From Guillardia theta CCMP2712 (taxonomy: Eukaryota > Protista > Cryptophyta), in the NCBI RefSeq assembly GCF_000315625.1, contig NW_005434669.1:904330-968329 (forward strand): DNA of 64,000 nucleotides, read 5' to 3'. The notes below the pieces were generated by a model. That model saw nothing but the letters and a program-made list of their open reading frames with translations, was not told the DNA's origin and did not search any database. Positions within the stretch are counted from its first letter, which is position 1. Every line of letters starts with the position of its first letter. Positions 60,400 through 64,000 of this stretch are shown here, in pieces. The position numbers and the translations under genes are program-made.

Positions 60400-62150
60400 A
60401 AGTTGCCATGGCCGCATGGACTCCGAGGGCATGGCACCGTGTGGACCACCGTACTATTGCGGCTATCAGATGGCATGACCAGACCGTGAGCATAGGCGGG
60501 GCGGCGGGCGGAATACCCCTGGTCACGGTCACCCGGTTATCCTATCCTTCCGACCCCCCTGAGCCTATCCGATCTCTGAGTCAGTGCGTTGCTCCGATCC
60601 TCGGATCTCTCAGACGGTGCCACGGTGCCGCGTTACGGTTATTTTCCTCAGCCCACCCTAGTACCCTTCAAGTTCACCGGGCCGTATACTTCAGCCGCAT
60701 ACAGTCCATCATAAGTATGATAAAGTACGAGTCGATAGAGGCTGAACGGTGCGGCACTGAAGCCTCACTAGGCACCGTCCCCAGCCTGAGTCACTGGCCC
60801 GCCGCTGCCCCGCCGGCGGCCCGGCCCCGGCCGGGCGCGGGGTGACACGGTGGCACCGCACGGCCCGGTGTGACAGTGACCGTCACGCCGACCCCGGCCG
60901 CGCCGCGGCGCAGTGCCGCCGGCACTGCGGCAACGCCGGGCCGCGCCCACGCCGGCCCACGGTCACGCCACGGTCACGCCCGGGGCGCCGGGCACCGGTG
61001 ACCGTCCGGCGTCGAGTACGGTCCCGGAGGCCCGGGCCCGATCAGGCCCGGGAGTCCGATCAGAGTCGCCGAGTCGGACCCCGGCCCACGGCTGGGCTGA
61101 ACCGCGCACCGCGGCACCTGAGATCAGTCAGCAGCGCGGCGCCGTTCCCGTGACGGTGCCCGGCAATGCGGCCTGGCCCGGCCGGGCCGCCCGGGCCGGT
61201 GTCCAGTCGGCAGGCCGCCGCCGAAGGCGGCTCCGTCCGACAGGGCCCGGTACTACCGTATGAGTCACCGGTGGCGCAGAGTCCGAGCATGAGCGACTCC
61301 CCCCTTCCGCGGCTCCGGCGGGGTCCCCCGGCGATCGGACCATTCACCGTCCGTACTACGGTACGGTACGGTATGGCCGCGGGCACTCGGACAGCGGGCC
61401 GGGGCGGCGCGGCCGGGCCGCCGACGGTCCGACGGTGCCGGGACGGTGCCCGGGCCGGCCCCCCCGATATTTTCACGCTTTTACAAGTTTCTTTTTACTT
61501 TTTTTTCTGTCAGATCAAAGTACACCCTACCCCTGTTGTTTCACCATTGCTGGAGAGCACCCCTTGGCATTGAGCTGAACCCTACCCATTGTATTCTTTC
61601 ATCACATGGACCCCAAATTTGGTTCATAAATGACCCGGTAGTTCTAGTTGGTTTCACTCAGAACCCGATTTACTCGTTTCCCACCCTTGTGATTTAGTAC
61701 CCCGATAACTTACTACCCCTCTGCTAATCTTTGTCGTTGCGAATTCAAAATAGGTACCCCTACCCTATATAGACCTATCATTCCAAGTACCCTATATCAA
61801 GAGGATTTTTGTACCTACCCTATCAGAGTACCAATATTTATGCTTGAGAAGGGGGGTTAGTATAGTACCCCCACCCACCTTTGATCTGAGTTTCACCCAG
61901 ACGAACCCAAATACACCGTTGGTCTTCCAACACGCCTCAATTTCCTTCGACTACCCTCGGTACCCACCCAACACGGACATTTATACCCCTTCTCAGAAGT
62001 ACCCCCTCTGATTTTTTGCTACCCCCTTTTCATCTTACTTTTCATAGGAAAAATACCTTCAGTACCGACATTTCCTTCAGACTACCCTTCCCCTTTCAAG
62101 GGTGTACCTCCCATTACCCCTACTCGCTCTGACCCCACCCCGTGTCTAGC
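60400..62150. other. Bipartite intergenic block: GC-rich palindrome-dense island plus TACCC-rich tract (similar blocks at 7780-8470, 11040-12480, 18420-19140, 22280-22750)
   Basis: Abrupt compositional switches. CCGG, GGCC, GTSAC, GASTC and GTAC words are dense, then a T-run, then dense TACCC/GGGTA words. Confidence 0.7.
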
Positions 62151-62187
62151 GAAGGCCTTCCCGTCTCATTCATTCTTCCCCGCCGCC

Positions 62188-64000
62188 ATGCAGCGGCCAG
62201 CGACGGGGATCGTCCATGTTGGAAGCAAAGAGAACGCGAATCGCAACATCATGACGAATCAGTGTTCATCCAGACCCCTCTCGGCTCCCTCCTTCAACTC
62301 ACTGAACTCCAATGACTCACCCTACATAGAACACACGAAGAAGGACTCGCGAGGTGTCTTGGTAACCAAGCGATATCTCAAGGGAGGGTTGCTGGGGAAA
62401 GGAGGCTTTGCAAAGTGTTTTAAGATCACAGACGTTGAAACAAACCAGGACTGGGCTTGCAAGGTCGTGCAGAAGTCTTCCTTAACAAAGCACAGGCATA
62501 AAGTGAAGGTACGTTTCATTTTCTGAATTCGAAAACTATCCCTCAATGGTGCTAGCTTGTTTTGAATTGTCTTGCTACCACATGTGTTGAAGGGCATCGG
62601 GGACATTTCTGGCTGACATTGCCTTTGCTTCAGTTGCAAACGGAGATTAAGATTCACAAGTCGTTGAGCCACAAGCATGTGGTGAGATTCGAAGACGTGT
62701 TTGAGGATAAGGAGAATGTGTACATCATCATGGAGCTCTGCACAAATCAAACCATGCTCGAGTTCGTGAAGCGTAAGAAGCGCCTCACCGAATCGGAGAC
62801 CCGTCGTTATATGCTTCAGATGGTGATGCGTTCTTCCATTCCATACTTGCTGTCTAATACCAGACTTGCCCAACAGCTCGATGGAGTACGTTATCTTCAC
62901 CAGAACAAAGTAATACACCGAGACCTCAAGTTGGGAAACCTGTTCCTCAACCATGGCGATGATGTCAAGATAGGAGATTTCGGACTTGCGGTGAGTTGTA
63001 CATCAAATTGCCGTTGGGCGTGTTTTTGAAACGATTTTCAGTGCAAGCTTCAGTTTGATGGGGAGCGAAAGAGAACACTGTGTGGAACACCGAACTACAT
63101 TGCTCCCGAGGTAAATCACTCGCTCTCTTGCAAAAATTTAGTGCTTTCCATCCTCTTCTCCACTCACTCCTCTGCCCCTCAAAAGGTTCTGGATGGCAAG
63201 AATGGGCACAGTTATGAAGTTGACACTTGGAGCATCGGAGTAGTCATGTATACCTGCCTGGTTGGCAAACCTCCTTTCGAGACTGCGGATGTCAAGTCCA
63301 CCTATAAGTTGATCAAGGCCAACACCTACACGTTCCCGGTTCGCACCCTCCTCCTCCCTCCTCTGCGAACTCCTGACATGACTTCCGACTTTCCAGGACC
63401 GGCTCCTTGTCTCCGACGCTGCCAAGAGCCTCGTCCGCAGGATCTTGAAATCTGTGAGCTAACCTCTCTTTTGGCTTCCCCTCCCTCCTGCCTCCATGGT
63501 CTTTCTCTTGCTCACTTGTCGTACAGGAGCCGGAGCTGAGACCGTCTATCGATGACGTAAGTGCTGCAATGCAAGGAAAATTCTGTATCCTCACTTTCTC
63601 GACAGATCTTGTGCGATGAGTGGTTCCAGGGAGAAGGTCTTGGATTGCTCTCCAAGGCTCCGAGCCTGCAGTCAGGTGTCCAGTCCATTGGTAGGAGGGA
63701 GGAGAGGCGCCTCCTGCGTCTTTGTTCACGTTGTCACAGGGTCCTTCATTCCCCCGTCACTGACTTCCGCCATTAGCATGCTTTCGTCCGAGTCCCACAG
63801 GTTCGGACCTGCCACTTCGTGTCTAACTCTTCCTTTGCTGACCCTCCCCTCCCTCCTGCAGGCTGCCACTCCACCCCATCTCAGCTGACAACACTGATTC
63901 CACTGCTCCCCACAAAAAGTTCTCCGACTACACGAGCAGGTTTGACCTCTGCGAGCCCTCCCCCTCCCGTCGGCTGATGCAATCGTTTCTCCTTCAGGAA
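62188..64000 (+). CDS. PLK1: Polo-like kinase, 5' part (runs off the window)
   Basis: [81 protein letters not shown]. Polo boxes were not seen inside the window. Confidence 0.92.

Noticed and set aside
60408-61697. Arg/Pro/Gly-rich ORFs in the GC islands (also 7686-8306, 18421-18654, 22383-22784) and ORF 11841-12314
   Set aside because: They are open in several frames on both strands because of low stop density; no domain or splice pattern.

Overview
Eukaryotic nuclear DNA, most likely from a cryptophyte alga (Guillardia theta-like). This is an inference from bipartite plastid-targeting peptides (ATA/F, ADA/Y), a red-lineage LHC gene, many ~45-70 nt GT-AG introns with CTGAC/CTGAT branch points, and microsatellite-filled introns. 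Manual splicing gives about 16 protein genes and one tRNA-Ser(AGA). In order: a signal-peptide-bearing OGT-type GT41, a hidden 78-aa 4-exon microprotein, a plastid/Tat-targeted Rossmann protein, a double Zn2Cys6 factor, an LHC, a Cid1-type nucleotidyltransferase, a secreted NHL propeller, a MAPKK with a spliced NTF2 domain (MKK3 architecture), an unknown gene, an SLC35C1-like transporter, a small myristoylation candidate, one ~28-kb gene for a ~8,800-aa mosaic surface protein, an Orai-family channel lacking the selectivity-filter glutamate (head-to-head with the giant gene), a type II membrane collagen-like protein, and the 5' part of a polo-like kinase. Intergenic regions carry recurring GC-rich palindrome-dense islands, TACCC-rich tracts and a conserved 19-nt motif. 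The best candidate for an undescribed system is the giant surface protein / divergent Orai / membrane collagen neighbourhood. All family calls come from motif recognition by eye; no searches were run.
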